NCBI GenBank assembly: GCA_963821525.1
Contig: CAWGED010000003.1
Span: forward strand, 1 to 64,000
Source: an uncultured Gemmatimonadales bacterium
Lineage (GTDB): Bacteria; Gemmatimonadota; Gemmatimonadetes; Gemmatimonadales; GWC2-71-9
DNA length: 64,000 nucleotides
Direction of reading: 5' to 3'
Shown: piece after piece, positions 19,716-30,387 of the stretch
How positions within the stretch are numbered: the first letter of the stretch is position 1
Layout: each line of letters starts with the position of its first letter
Notes under the pieces: model-generated
Seen by the model: the letters and a program-made list of their open reading frames with translations, nothing else
What the model was told of the DNA's origin: nothing
The model's database searches: none
Position numbers and translations under genes: made by a program

Positions 19716-20336
19716 GGCGCGAAACGCGGATCTGCATAGGTAGGCCATCGTGCTCGCGTATGCCAGGGCGAGGGCGACGATCAGGGCAAAGACCTCGCCG
19801 ATCACGTAGAACGACGACCTCGGCACGACGACGAGGCCCAGGATGGAGATGTTCATTCCCAGAACGAGCACGATCGCAAGCGTGGTCATGAGAATCGCCC
19901 CGGCACCTCTCCACCCAGGCCGATACAGGGCAAGGAGGCCGCCCGTGCTGACTGCGGTGAACACGCCGGTCACGGGGAACGCTTGCGCAATTAGCGCGCG
20001 GGGAGGTTCGCTGCTCTTCAGCAGCTCCGCAATTGTCGTGACAGGGGTGAAGGCAAGCACGGAGGACAGGCCCAAGGCCATGAGAACGAGCACGTACAGC
20101 GCGTTGTATTGCATCCAGGTGCGCACCGATGGGTGCCTCACCACGACGGCATAGCTCCACGCCAGGCACGCGCCGCAGACCGCTCCCGCGAGCAGCATGG
20201 CGAAGATCGCGAACCAGATCGGACTGATCAGCAGTTGATGCACGACCGTGAACAGGAGCGTCGAGAGGACACCTGCGATCGCTCCAGATGCAACAAACCG
20301 TGCAAGCCCTGAGGAACGCTGCGATATGGTCGTCAT
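19710..20336 (-). CDS. multi-TM hypothetical protein
   Basis: fills cassette; stop in R''. Confidence 0.7.
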   Translation of the reverse strand: MTTISQRSSGLARFVASGAIAGVLSTLLFTVVHQLLISPIWFAIFAMLLAGAVCGACLAWSYAVVVRHPSVRTWMQYNALYVLVLMALGLSSVLAFTPVTTIAELLKSSEPPRALIAQAFPVTGVFTAVSTGGLLALYRPGWRGAGAILMTTLAIVLVLGMNISILGLVVVPRSSFYVIGEVFALIVALALAYASTMAYLCRSAFRAV

Positions 20337-20354
20337 CTGCGATGGTCGTGCGCC

Positions 20355-20451
20355 GACTAACGACCGCGCATAAGCTGCGAAGCGCGGCTCAGGGGCGCTA
20401 GTAGTAACGAAGAAGCTGGCCGCTCTTCGACGCTTCATGCGCCTGTTAGCC
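20355..20451 (-). repeat. attC
   Basis: GACTAAC...GTTAGCC. Confidence 0.8.
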
Positions 20452-20459
20452 AGCGCCTC

Positions 20460-20957
20460 TCAGTTGAGAACGGGCGAAAGCCATGCGATCGGAGGAGTTA
20501 GTCCCGCTACTTGGAGGGCACGGGCAATTTCTCGTCGGACTACGGCGTACCGGCGTAGCGCGTGGCTCGCTCGGTCGAAGTGTGCTGGGTCAGCCGCCGT
20601 AGGCGCTGGGGCGCCACAGGTTTGATCCGGCGTGGCGCGGCCGGTACAGGCGTCGATGCCGGCGGTTGGTGCCACGGCCGCTTGCACTTGTTGCCTGGCG
20701 TATTCCCGGCTGTAGCCGAGCAGCCGTTTATGAGCGGCGGCCATCGTGGGCGGCGGGACTACAGCCGCAAGGGCTGCGGCCCATGCGGTGAGACGGGAGC
20801 CAGTCTCGAAGTAGTCATGGCGATTCGTCGGCAGGAGCCGATCCGCACGCTGCAGTTCCGTCGCGTAGCGGACGAGGGCGGAGTCCTGACTCGGTCCTTG
20901 GGACGAAGCGGTGGAAGTGGCGCCAACAAGCATGAAGGCGAGGGCCAAGGTCCGCAT
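20460..20957 (-). CDS. secreted hypothetical protein
   Basis: GAGGAGG RBS; signal peptide. Confidence 0.7.
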   Translation of the reverse strand: MRTLALAFMLVGATSTASSQGPSQDSALVRYATELQRADRLLPTNRHDYFETGSRLTAWAAALAAVVPPPTMAAAHKRLLGYSREYARQQVQAAVAPTAGIDACTGRATPDQTCGAPAPTAADPAHFDRASHALRRYAVVRREIARALQVAGLTPPIAWLSPVLN

Positions 20958-20980
20958 GGTACCTCCTCGATAAGGCCGCT

Positions 20981-21046
20981 GGCTAACGGCCCGCGCTTCA
21001 CCTGCGCGGCGCGAAGCGCCGTGTCAGGTGCAACGCCATGCTAGCT
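20981..21046 (-). repeat. short attC (R'' mutated)
   Basis: GGCTAAC...GCTAGCT. Confidence 0.75.
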
Positions 21047-21064
21047 GGCGCGATTACGGCGCGG

Positions 21065-22030
21065 TCAATCACGCATATACGGCGCGATGTTGTTTGCGAC
21101 GACACCGAACTCGGCCTCAGTCAGCGGGAGTCGCCGGAACGCGGCCCAGCCTGCCTTGGGGTACGTGAGAGGACTTGCGGCCGCGTCCGAGCCATACAGC
21201 ACACGCTCGACGCCGATCTGGCGGATGCGCGCCGCGATCTGCTGCAGCTCAGCCGGCGACATTTCCGGCCGTACCACCACCGCCGCGTCGAACCACACGT
21301 TCTTCATGCGCGGCATCATGCTTCGCGATCGCATCCGTGAACACGCTCAGCGCCGAGTCAGTCGCCGCCTCATAACCACCCGCTCCGGCAAGATGCGCGA
21401 TCTGCACCGGCACGTCAGGCGCGGCCGGCAGGAGCTCATTCAGAAACACACGTGCCTCGTCGGCGCCGTATTTCCGTTGGTTGTCGATCGACGTCCGCAT
21501 GTGCACCACGATGGCCATCCGATAGCCGTTCGCAGCTGCGAAGATCTTCCGGACCTGCGCGACGTTTGCGGGATTGTCGAGATCGACGTCAGAATTGCCG
21601 AAATGCAGCTTCAGGCCCATGGTGCAGCATCGGATCCTTGCTGCAGCGCGCCAACTCCTCGAGCGCGTAGGGCTTGAGCGGATTGAAACTGCAGAACGCG
21701 CGCAGCCGGTCCGGATACTGCGCCACCTGCTGCGCCGTCCAGTCGTTCTCCGCCTTGACGTGCTCGTATTCGTTGTCGACCGGCGCCCGGCTTGCCTTGC
21801 CCCACGTGTACGCGACCGACAGCACCAGCGCGCGCCGAATGCCTGCGGCATCGAGCAGAGCAATGACGTCGCGCGCGCTGATGCCCGGCGAATCTGGATT
21901 GCCTGTGACGAGCGCGGCGGCGGCCGGACTGAACAGATGCTGGTGGTAGTCGATCGACCGGCGCTTGCGCGGGAAGCGTCACCGGAAAAATGAGCGCGAG
22001 GACAAGGATCGTGCAGAGCCTGGATCCCAT
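21065..22030 (-). CDS. amidohydrolase family protein, frameshifted
   Basis: HQHL, GLKLHFGN, QIAHLAG, LYGSD motifs over several frames. Confidence 0.75.
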
Positions 22031-22068
22031 AGATTGCTCCTCAATGCCGTGAACCAAATGGGGGCGCC

Positions 22069-22172
22069 AGCTAACGGCCCGCGCTTCACCTGCGGGCGGC
22101 GAGTGTACGAGTCCGCAACTGGATGGCTTCCTTCAAGAACCAGCGCCCGACAGGTGCAAGCGCTGGTTAGGT
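22069..22172 (-). repeat. attC (dominant family)
   Basis: AGCTAAC...GTTAGGT. Confidence 0.92.
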
Positions 22173-22208
22173 GCCGCCAGGAATGAGGCGAGGCTCTAGC
22201 GCAGCTGG

Positions 22209-22778
22209 TCACACTCGTTCCCGTCCACCGTCGTCGACCTCGAGTGTCAGAGTCCTCGCACGGCGAAGCGGTACGCTACTGACTCCTGCTGGCCGAAGCG
22301 CGAATTGGCTCGTAAAGCGTTTGTCACCGTCAATGAGCACAGTGAAGGTGGCGCTACCTCGGCCTTCACAGCGGGGCTCGATCAGACCGACTATGGCCTC
22401 GAAGCGTGAATAGGGCTCGGCTAGGTCGAAGCCTACCACAGCCGGTGACCCAGCGTTCGCATGCATTACCAGGGACTTTCGAATCTGACGGCCGTTTAGG
22501 ACAACCTTCTCAGTCCAGTACGCCTTGTCGCGACCTAGGCCTCCGTGAGGCTCCGCAGAAATGTCAGCTGGCGGCTGGTCCGATAGAAAAACGGTGTCTC
22601 GGTGGGCAGAAGTGTCGGGAACAGCGTCAGAGTCCTTCGAAGTAACGCTCTTGGGTTGCTGAGATCGAATGTACAGTGCGAGAAGCCCACCCAACGCGGT
22701 GATTACGGCGGCTACACCAGTGAGGATACCAGGCATGGTCTCCCACCACGGCTTAGGAGGGTTCGGGGTCTCGTTCAT
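22209..22778 (-). CDS. membrane-anchored NPCBM/NEW2-like protein
   Basis: MHA...FDL..YSRFEAIVG...FTVLIDG. Confidence 0.6.
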   Translation of the reverse strand: MNETPNPPKPWWETMPGILTGVAAVITALGGLLALYIRSQQPKSVTSKDSDAVPDTSAHRDTVFLSDQPPADISAEPHGGLGRDKAYWTEKVVLNGRQIRKSLVMHANAGSPAVVGFDLAEPYSRFEAIVGLIEPRCEGRGSATFTVLIDGDKRFTSQFALRPAGVSSVPLRRARTLTLEVDDGGRERV

Positions 22779-22822
22779 GGGGGAGCCTCGCACTCTAAGG
22801 GTTTCCTGAGCACCTGGCGTGC

Positions 22823-22949
22823 ACCTAACGGCCCGCGCTTCACCTGCGGGCGACGAGTGTACGAAATGCGGGCGACGAGTGTACGAATTCACAAGTGGAC
22901 GGCTTCCTTTGAGAATACAACGCCCGACAGATGCAAGCGCTGGTTAGGG
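22823..22949 (-). repeat. attC with internal tandem duplication
   Basis: TGCGGGCGACGAGTGTACGAA occurs twice. Confidence 0.88.
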
Positions 22950-23423
22950 AGCTAGGGTTTTGGAGGTGGGGCTGGAACGGAGCAAAGTGGATGGTCCCGA
23001 CGTATCTCGGACCGCCGCCCCAAACGCGGCGCCCAACAGACACCCCGTCCCGAGGGAAAGCAAGCTGAACGCCAGTGATGGGCCCGTCGCGGGAATCCCC
23101 ACACCCGAGACCTGCAACGCGAGGAACACCGGCACGCCGGTGGCTGCCCCTACCCGGGCCGCACCGCGGCGGGTCAGTGATGCGTCTGGGTGCCGCCGCC
23201 CGTAGGCGATGAGGCCAGCGGCGAAACAGGCCCCCGCGACGCCACCGACCAAGCCGTAGCCGAGAAGCGTGCGGCCCAGAACCAGCCACGTCTCCGGGGG
23301 GAAGGGCAGGCCGGAGTGCAGGAGCTCGTAGCCGGCGCGACCGAGGAGCCCCGCCAGGCCCCAAAAGGCGGCGCTGATTCCGGTGAACTGGAGAAATGCG
23401 CGGAGCTTGCTGAAGGGGGGCAT
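22944..23423 (-). CDS. membrane hypothetical protein
   Basis: fills cassette. Confidence 0.65.
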   Translation of the reverse strand: MPPFSKLRAFLQFTGISAAFWGLAGLLGRAGYELLHSGLPFPPETWLVLGRTLLGYGLVGGVAGACFAAGLIAYGRRHPDASLTRRGAARVGAATGVPVFLALQVSGVGIPATGPSLAFSLLSLGTGCLLGAAFGAAVRDTSGPSTLLRSSPTSKTLAP

Positions 23424-23443
23424 CAGTAATCGGGTTCCTAGCT

Positions 23444-23552
23444 CCCTAACGGACCGCGCTTCAGCTGCGGGCGACGAATGTCACACGTCCACGAATGGAC
23501 TGGCTTCCTTTGAAGAAGTTAGCGCCCGTCAGGCTGCAAGCGCTGGTTAGGT
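23444..23552 (-). repeat. attC
   Basis: CCCTAAC...GTTAGGT. Confidence 0.88.
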
Positions 23553-23775
23553 GCCGACCTGCCCTCGGAACCGGCCGAGCCACTGAGTCCACACTCAGGA
23601 CGGTCGGCGGCTTTCGGAACTTCGGCCGTGAGTGGGGCGCACGAACTGTTCTGTTCGGCGGAAGCAAACATCCAGCGGAGGCCGCTCGGAAGTCTGGCCG
23701 CCTGACGGAGCGTTGCGACCCCGAGCCGCAGGAGCTGTCCGTTCCACCATGCCAACAACATCGCTTTGGGAGTGC

Positions 23776-23879
23776 ACCTAACGCCCGCGCTTCACCTGCG
23801 GGCGACGAGTGTACGAGTTCACAACTGGATGGCTTTCCTTGAGAACCTAGCGCTCGACAGGTGCAAGCGCTGGTTAGGC
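23776..23879 (-). repeat. attC (dominant family)
   Basis: ACCTAAC...GTTAGGC. Confidence 0.9.
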
Positions 23880-24415
23880 GCTACCGGCGAGCAGTGGCGC
23901 GCTTGGCTCGAGGGCGTGCCGGCCTGGCGGTCCCGACGGCGCCGGAGGAATCCGGCGAGGGTCCGCAGCGCCTCGTAGACGGCGGCCGAATTTGGGAAGA
24001 TTATACGCAGTGAGGTCCGCGTCTCGGGAATGCCCCACACCGACGAGACTTGCAGCGTGAGGCACGACTGAGGAAGCTCGCGGCAGATATCTAACCGGGC
24101 AGCAACGAGGCGGCGTCAGACGATGTCTTCATAAGGGTCGGTGCCCGTAGGTGTTGAGGCCAGCGCCCGCTGAAAAGGCCAACGCGTTCCGCCCGCCGAA
24201 CAAGGCCGAATGAGGCGACATGAGAGTCGAAGTCGCCAGAACGCGAGCGCCCTGTCAAGTGCCGGGGCGGATCTGGCTGGCCGGGGTGCAGGAGCTCGTA
24301 GCGGCGTCACTTGAAGGCGTTGGCATGGCTGAAGGACTCCGGCAAGATATCGGTTATCCGGATCAAAGGCCTGGACGTTTACGAAGAGGTTTCTTCATAC
24401 TCGGGTTCGTCGGCC

Positions 24416-24509
24416 GCCTAACGGTTCGCGCTTCTGCTGCGGCGCTACTGGATTCCAACACCGTTTCGTGAACACGACCGCGCCCGACAGCAGCAAGCGC
24501 TGGTTAGGC
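24416..24509 (-). repeat. attC
   Basis: GCCTAAC...GTTAGGC. Confidence 0.88.
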
Positions 24510-24547
24510 GGCGCGGTAGCCTTCAGTCTCGGCCAAGAGAACGAAGC

Positions 24548-25890
24548 CTAGCGCGGCAGCGACTCGGCAAGCGCCACGGCGAGACAGGGGCTCGGTGACG
24601 CAGCCTGTCGGGCACGAAAGTCCGTCAGCGCGCGGTCGATGGCCCGCTGAATGAACCGCCGCTTCGGCGCGAACGGCGAGGCGTCATCCAGCACCTTCGT
24701 CAGCACCCGAACCCGCGTCCCCTCGGCGGTGACAATGTCGAACCTTCGGGTAATCGATGGCAGCATCATCGCCACGAACGACTCCGTCCAATCGTCCTCA
24801 GGGCGCCAGGTCGAGAAGACCGTCGTGAAAGGGGAATGATCGAGCCGGTCGAGGAATGCCGCGATGCCGTACCGCGAGGCGGGCTGCCAGTTCTGAACCG
24901 CGAGTGCGCCGGATCAAAGGACCCGGGCGTTCCCCGCGGCGGCCATCATCACGATGCGCGCTTTGAGGTTCCCGTCGAAGTCAAGCTCACGCGCCGCTTC
25001 GAGGGCCGAATCCTTGGCTACGGCCTGGTGCACTACGCCGTTCAGGTCCACGTACCGGGGCAAGGTCCAGCTGAGGTAGCCAAACTCGCCAGGCTCAAAC
25101 GGTTTGTTTTCAGGTAGGCGACCCAGTCCGCCACCGTAGTCCCGATCCAGTAAGTGACCCACCTCATGCGCCACCAGATGATACAGGGTGCCGCCCGGCT
25201 CGCTGAGACTCGATTCTATTTCCACGCGGGGCAGGGCGGGATCCTTGCTGGGACGGTCGTTGGGTCCGCCGGTCCACCAGTGCTGGGTCCAGGCGGTGGC
25301 CCAATCGATGTAGCGCACCTTGTTCTCGAGCACACCTCTTCGAACTCCGATGCTCCGGTACTCGCTTCCCGTCTGGCTGTCGGGGAAGACGGAGAAACTC
25401 GCGTTCCACAGTGAGTGGTAGTCGAAGTAGATGCGATCCAACGAGCAGAGATAGGCCTTGAGGATGGGGGGGGCCGCGAGAAAGACGTCCCGAAGAGGCC
25501 GGAGGTAGGTGGAGCGATCTACTTGCGGTTCACACTGATCCCTCGGACCATTGGTTCGGTCGCCGATGGTGAGGCAGACCTTTCGTTCCAGAGCGCCCAG
25601 CGCTTTAGCAGGCTCGCGGCTGCCAGGAGTCGGCGGGCCATCCGCGGCGGCCGATGGCGGGGCGACCGCAAGAGCCACCGAAGCGCCGCGATCATCAGTC
25701 CATTCGTCAGCCCGGAAGCTACGGAGAACACGCTGGGAGACGAGTCGTGCCGCAAGCCGAGCGCGATGAGGAGCGCATCCGAGCCGGGCAACCAGGCCGG
25801 GCTCGGGGTGTAGTCGACATCACGGACGACCGGGAAGAACCAAGCGCCTACAAACACGATGACCGAAGCCCACACCGGACCTCGCTTCAT
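24548..25890 (-). CDS. hypothetical protein(s) with HEVGH zincin-like motif, frameshifted or chimeric
   Basis: consecutive ORFs 25519-25890, 24914-25678, 24548-24775 within one cassette. Confidence 0.5.
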
Positions 25891-25919
25891 GCAGTCCTCA
25901 AGGAAAGGAACGGGTGGCC

Positions 25920-26021
25920 GCCTAACGGACTGCGCCTAAGCTGCGGCGCCACACTGTATGGTTCACAAACGCAATTCTAGCATCGAGGACTGGCGCCGTC
26001 AGCTTCAGGCGCGTGTTAGGC
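25920..26021 (-). repeat. attC
   Basis: GCCTAAC...GTTAGGC; near-identical to 36349-36450. Confidence 0.9.
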
Positions 26022-26244
26022 GGCAGCCTTCCGCGGCAGACGCCATGCCCAAACGCTGAGTCCCGCGCTCACAGCAACGATCAGAAGGTCAGCATGGTGA
26101 AGATGGCCTCGGTTGATGACCTCGACGACATGAGCGGCCGCGATAGCAGCGAATACAAGGCCAGTAGTGATCAAGTAGGGCTTCATCGGTCCCGTTCGAA
26201 GGGGTGCTGCAGAAGTCGCAGGTCACTCCTGACGGCAAGACTGG

Positions 26245-26523
26245 CTACTTGCCGAACACTCTGGCCGCCGCTTCTGCCGCGTTGGAATCGTCGACGACCG
26301 GGTGCAGTTCGATGTCAATCAGGTCGCCCCAATTGTTGACGTGCTCGCAAAGGGCGGTCATGTCGTCCGTTTCCAGGACGTGCCAGCCCAGAACCGAGCC
26401 GGGCACATGGTACCGAGCGACTTGGTTCACCCCCTCGGGCGGCGGACCGCCGGTTTCCAGAAACTGCTGAAACGCCATCTTGTACAGGCCGGGGCGCGTC
26501 CTCCATGTCAGCATGAACTTCAC
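26245..26523 (-). CDS. DUF3303-like protein
   Basis: MKFMLTW...FLETGGPPPEGV...W.DL....PVVDD. Confidence 0.8.
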   Translation of the reverse strand: MKFMLTWRTRPGLYKMAFQQFLETGGPPPEGVNQVARYHVPGSVLGWHVLETDDMTALCEHVNNWGDLIDIELHPVVDDSNAAEAAARVFGK

Positions 26524-26747
26524 GGTAGCACTCTCCTTCCCCTAGTTGAGTTCTCGAGCGGGAGAAACATCGTACGCGCATTTGTGGATAAGAGCTATTA
26601 GCGCTATCCGAAGGCGAGATAATGACTCTTGTCAGGCACCTCCGCACTCACAAGCCAGGACTCATGAAGCACGTTCGGCGAAGCGGTGGAGGCCCAGGCC
26701 ACGGTGGGCGCCGCACACAGCAGTGGGTTGGTACTAAGGGGCCCGCC

Positions 26748-26850
26748 GCCTAACGGCCCGCGCTTCACCTGCGGGCGACGAGTGTCCGAGTCCACAACTG
26801 GATGGCTTCCTTAAAACCTAGCGCCCGACAGGTGCAAGCGCTGGTTAGGC
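26748..26850 (-). repeat. attC (dominant family)
   Basis: GCCTAAC...GTTAGGC. Confidence 0.92.
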
Positions 26851-26866
26851 GGGCCGCGACTTTGCC

Positions 26867-27490
26867 CTAGGGCGAGGGTTCGAAGCCGAGATTCTTGGGA
26901 CTTCGAGGAGTGCCGGGGCGTAGCGGTGAGGTCCCCTCGGACTCCAGCGTGGTACCCGTCGTGTTGACCTCAACTGGGTTGACGGTAGCCAGGTCAAAAT
27001 CATCAAGCCAGAGCATTCCGGGACCGACGAGAAGCGCGCCAAAAACGATCGCGGTCGCATCTTCAGGGACATCGAGAACAAGCTCATACCGGCCCCAGTC
27101 TTGGGTGCCAGTAATGGGATGATCTTCCATATTGTCGAAGGGCGTCCCTCCCGCGGAGCCATCGATGCGCATCCACAGTAGCGCCTGTTCCTGGACGGCG
27201 ACGGACATCGCATACCCGCTTAGTCTGATTCGACGCCCTCGGTAGTCGTCGGCCACGAGACTCTGCCGAATTGCACCGAACTCGGGGGCACTGGGGCCGG
27301 CCTGGATGCGGAGGCTGCTCGTTCCGCTCCGCTTAACCTGGTGATCGGTTCGGATGATGTAGGCGGAGGCGGCTTCGGGCGGGCCAGTTCGTGCCCACCC
27401 CGGCGGAAGGGAGTCGGGAACTTGAGCAATGGCGACGGACGCCACTGCATGCGGGATGATTGCGATCGCGAAGAGCAGGTGACGTCTCAC
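26867..27490 (-). CDS. secreted carbohydrate-binding-like protein
   Basis: YRGRRIRLSG, LWMRIDG, FDNM, GTQDW. Confidence 0.7.
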   Translation of the reverse strand: MRRHLLFAIAIIPHAVASVAIAQVPDSLPPGWARTGPPEAASAYIIRTDHQVKRSGTSSLRIQAGPSAPEFGAIRQSLVADDYRGRRIRLSGYAMSVAVQEQALLWMRIDGSAGGTPFDNMEDHPITGTQDWGRYELVLDVPEDATAIVFGALLVGPGMLWLDDFDLATVNPVEVNTTGTTLESEGTSPLRPGTPRSPKNLGFEPSP

Positions 27491-27523
27491 CGAGTTCCTC
27501 CCCCCTTGCCGTGCGGCGACTCC

Positions 27524-27627
27524 GCCTAACGGCCCGCGCTTCACCTGCGGGCGACATGTATACGAGTCCACAACTAGACGGCTTCCTTAGAAACCTAGCG
27601 CCCGGCAGGTGCAAGCGCTGGTTAGGC
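27524..27627 (-). repeat. attC (dominant family)
   Basis: GCCTAAC...GTTAGGC. Confidence 0.92.
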
Positions 27628-27632
27628 CGTTG

Positions 27633-28124
27633 TTACGAGGAAAGGGCCTCAGGTGCAATATGAGCCAGACTGCGGAGCTCAGCGACTATCTCATCTTCGC
27701 GCCAGAATGCTAGGCGGCTTCGTGTTGACGGCATGAAGGTGATCGTGTCGCCCAAGGCGCTCTCGGTCCGTAAGTGAACGGTGACGGCTCTGGCCCGGAG
27801 CCACCGGCTTTGAGTGACGGCTTGAATATCAGTAAAGGGGATGAAGACTTCCTCACGATAATTGGAGACCCGAAGGCCCATCGGCGTTAGGATGGCTCGC
27901 TTCAGAGGCAGAGTGTGATAGAGAAGCATCACGGTCCCAACAACGAGCGCAACCAGGAAGGTCCATTGATCGCCACGAGTGGCGCCGCCCTTTACGCCAT
28001 TGAAGTCGACTGTCTCGGGGTGAACCCAAAGGGTGTATGTGCCCCAACCGAAGCCGAGTATCCACGCAGGAGCCAAGAGGAACTTCAATAGGGGAGTGGC
28101 GGGAGCAGAAATGGTGCGATCCAT
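27633..28124 (-). CDS. membrane hypothetical protein
   Basis: AGGAG RBS; two TM segments. Confidence 0.65.
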   Translation of the reverse strand: MDRTISAPATPLLKFLLAPAWILGFGWGTYTLWVHPETVDFNGVKGGATRGDQWTFLVALVVGTVMLLYHTLPLKRAILTPMGLRVSNYREEVFIPFTDIQAVTQSRWLRARAVTVHLRTESALGDTITFMPSTRSRLAFWREDEIVAELRSLAHIAPEALSS

Positions 28125-28148
28125 CGTGCTAGAACTCCTGTGGTAGCG

Positions 28149-28274
28149 GCCTAACGGCCCCGCATAAGCCGCGGGCCGAGGCGCGCCGCGTCCAGCTGTC
28201 CTGGCCGCGGATGGGTGTCTGCTCCTGGACAATTGTGAGGGCCGAGGCGTGCCAGCTTCATGCGGTAGTTAGGC
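28149..28274 (-). repeat. attC
   Basis: GCCTAAC...CCGCATAAGC/GCTTCATGCGG...GTTAGGC. Confidence 0.85.
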
Positions 28275-28308
28275 CGCGCCGCGACCGGCCTAGCCCATCC
28301 AAGGGTCC

Positions 28309-28950
28309 TCACGGGAGGGGCGAGATCCGTTCGTCGCTTCGCGTCAGCAGGGGGAGCATTCGGCTGGCCGTAAGCCACGACACCCCAAACGCGGTCAAGC
28401 TAGCGTACTCCCCGTGATAGGTAAGCCATGGATCGATCCTGCTGAGCGCTCCACCCGCAAAGTGGTCGAAGGCAAGCGCGAGGAGAGACAGGACCATGAC
28501 GGCGCCGCACGCGGCGTAGATAATAGCACGGCTCTTCGCTTGGAGGTGGCCCTTGGCCCGCGCGCGACGAAAGAAGCAATAGCAAAAATACGTTAGCACG
28601 AGAAACATTACTGCAGCAGATACTGCGTGAAGATGGGGCACCCGCTCTAGGTGTCCGTCGCAGTCGCAGGGAAATAGGGCGACCCCAAGGGCAGCAACCC
28701 CGGCGATCTTGCTGAATATCATCTCCCCGGTCGTGTTCCCGTTATATGAGAACAGGAACGCTGCGGTGGCGAAGAGAAAGCCTATAAAGAAGCTCTGGGA
28801 CCAGCCTCCGACGTAGTAGGAGGCGCTAATAGAGGTCAACGTCATGCCGGCAAACAAAGCCGTCAGATTGCCGAGGGAGAGGGCGATGAATCCGACGATG
28901 AGCTTTGTTGTGTGCTCATCGATCTCGGGACGGCGCGGAGTGCGTATCAT
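28309..28950 (-). CDS. multi-TM protein (DUF998-like)
   Basis: SISASYY, FLFSYNG, GVALFP, LH motifs. Confidence 0.65.
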   Translation of the reverse strand: MIRTPRRPEIDEHTTKLIVGFIALSLGNLTALFAGMTLTSISASYYVGGWSQSFFIGFLFATAAFLFSYNGNTTGEMIFSKIAGVAALGVALFPCDCDGHLERVPHLHAVSAAVMFLVLTYFCYCFFRRARAKGHLQAKSRAIIYAACGAVMVLSLLALAFDHFAGGALSRIDPWLTYHGEYASLTAFGVSWLTASRMLPLLTRSDERISPLP

Positions 28951-29019
28951 AGAGCGCAGGTCCTAGAAGCGGTCTTGAGCCGAAGGGTCAGCCCCCTAGG
29001 CAAACTGATTGTGGCAGCG

Positions 29020-29122
29020 GCCTAACGGCCCGCGCTTCACCTGCGGGCGACGAGCGTACGAGTCCACAATTGGACGGCTTCCTTAGAACCAATCGCCCGA
29101 CAGGTGCAAGCGCTGGTTAGCT
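29020..29122 (-). repeat. attC (dominant family)
   Basis: GCCTAAC...GTTAGCT. Confidence 0.92.
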
Positions 29123-29734
29123 TGCGTCACGACGTGTGCGCCGGCGAATGGCGACTACCGTGATGCCTGTGGCGAAGCCCAAGGGGATGAGAAACAAGGG
29201 AATGGCTATGACCGCGGGCCAGTGCCCAGCCCACCGTCCCCCGATCAACCAGGCTGTGGCGGCTAGGAGGCAGGCGGCTGCCCACAGGTATAGCAGCGTG
29301 TGACCGGTCGGATAACGCAGGGAATTGACCCAGGCGGGCGCCCAATCGCGCGGGTTGTCATCCAGCCAACTCCCGACACCGACACTCCCACCAACAAGCA
29401 GGGCGGCGAGGAGTGCGACGAGGAACACTGAGCTGACGTGCTCGTTCCCGATTTCAAGGATGCCGAATCCCAGGTATGCTGGGAACAGGGCGAGAGTTCC
29501 CAGAGCGAACGCCCCCACAATCGACCGATAAAGCGGATGGGCCAGCGCTACCAAGAGTCCGCCAAGAGGGCCGGCAGTCAGGTAGACCGCGACGGTCTGA
29601 ACGAAGGTGACTCCATTTCGTTGGAACGGGGCGGAACCTGCTATCACGTAGACGAGTGTCACCCAAGCGCTCAGGACGACCCCAATGCCGAGCCCGAAGA
29701 TTGGAAAGGAGCGGACCCGCTCTCCTAGTGTCAC
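29117..29734 (-). CDS. membrane hypothetical protein
   Basis: fills cassette; stop in R''. Confidence 0.7.
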   Translation of the reverse strand: MTLGERVRSFPIFGLGIGVVLSAWVTLVYVIAGSAPFQRNGVTFVQTVAVYLTAGPLGGLLVALAHPLYRSIVGAFALGTLALFPAYLGFGILEIGNEHVSSVFLVALLAALLVGGSVGVGSWLDDNPRDWAPAWVNSLRYPTGHTLLYLWAAACLLAATAWLIGGRWAGHWPAVIAIPLFLIPLGFATGITVVAIRRRTRRDAS

Positions 29735-29762
29735 GATTCCACCTCGGAGTTCGGTAACGGCA

Positions 29763-29874
29763 AGCTAACGCCCGCGCTTCAGTGGCGGGGCGGCTGCGGG
29801 ACGGTAGCCTTGCTATAAATGTAAGCCGCCGCACGTGGCCGGCCCGCCCCGGCCACTGCAAGCGCTAGTTAGAC
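29763..29874 (-). repeat. attC
   Basis: AGCTAAC...GTTAGAC. Confidence 0.88.
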
Positions 29875-29952
29875 GCACCTCATACGCGACGCGTAGTGTC
29901 CCGCCGAGTGTGGCGGCTGTCACTAGTCTTGACGAGACCCGCCCGTCAAGAG

Positions 29953-30105
29953 CTATTTGTCGAAATAGTGTTCGAAATTCTGCTTTCCGGGTGCGGGTTT
30001 CCCTCCCTTCACTTGCTGCAGCTCTACCTTGCTCAACTTCTTAGGTGCCAGATCCCGTGTCGGCTTCTTTGGATTAGTAGTGCGGTGGCTCTTCTTGCTT
30101 GCCAT
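29953..30105 (-). CDS. 50-aa peptide with double-glycine-type leader
   Basis: GGAGG RBS; LSKVELQQVKGG. Confidence 0.7.
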   Translation of the reverse strand: MASKKSHRTTNPKKPTRDLAPKKLSKVELQQVKGGKPAPGKQNFEHYFDK

Positions 30106-30258
30106 TGCAGGCCTCCGAGGGTTGCCTGCGGTCGGATGACCGGGCGGCTGGGGGTGCTTGACTGCGGGAGGGGAAATAACATGCGATGTGGGACTCAGCA
30201 GCGCAAGACCAATTGCCCGAGCCGGCTCGCGCGCTAATGGGTACCACAGTGAGCGTGC

Positions 30259-30362
30259 GTCTAACGCCCGCGCTTCACCTGCGGGCGATCTGAGCCAGCC
30301 CGACACAAGTGGCTGGCTTCCTTGAAAATACAGCGCCCGTCAGGTGCAAGCGCTGGTTAGGT
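30259..30362 (-). repeat. attC
   Basis: GTCTAAC...GTTAGGT. Confidence 0.9.
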
Positions 30363-30387
30363 GGCAGCACGCTCGCGCCTCCTTGTC

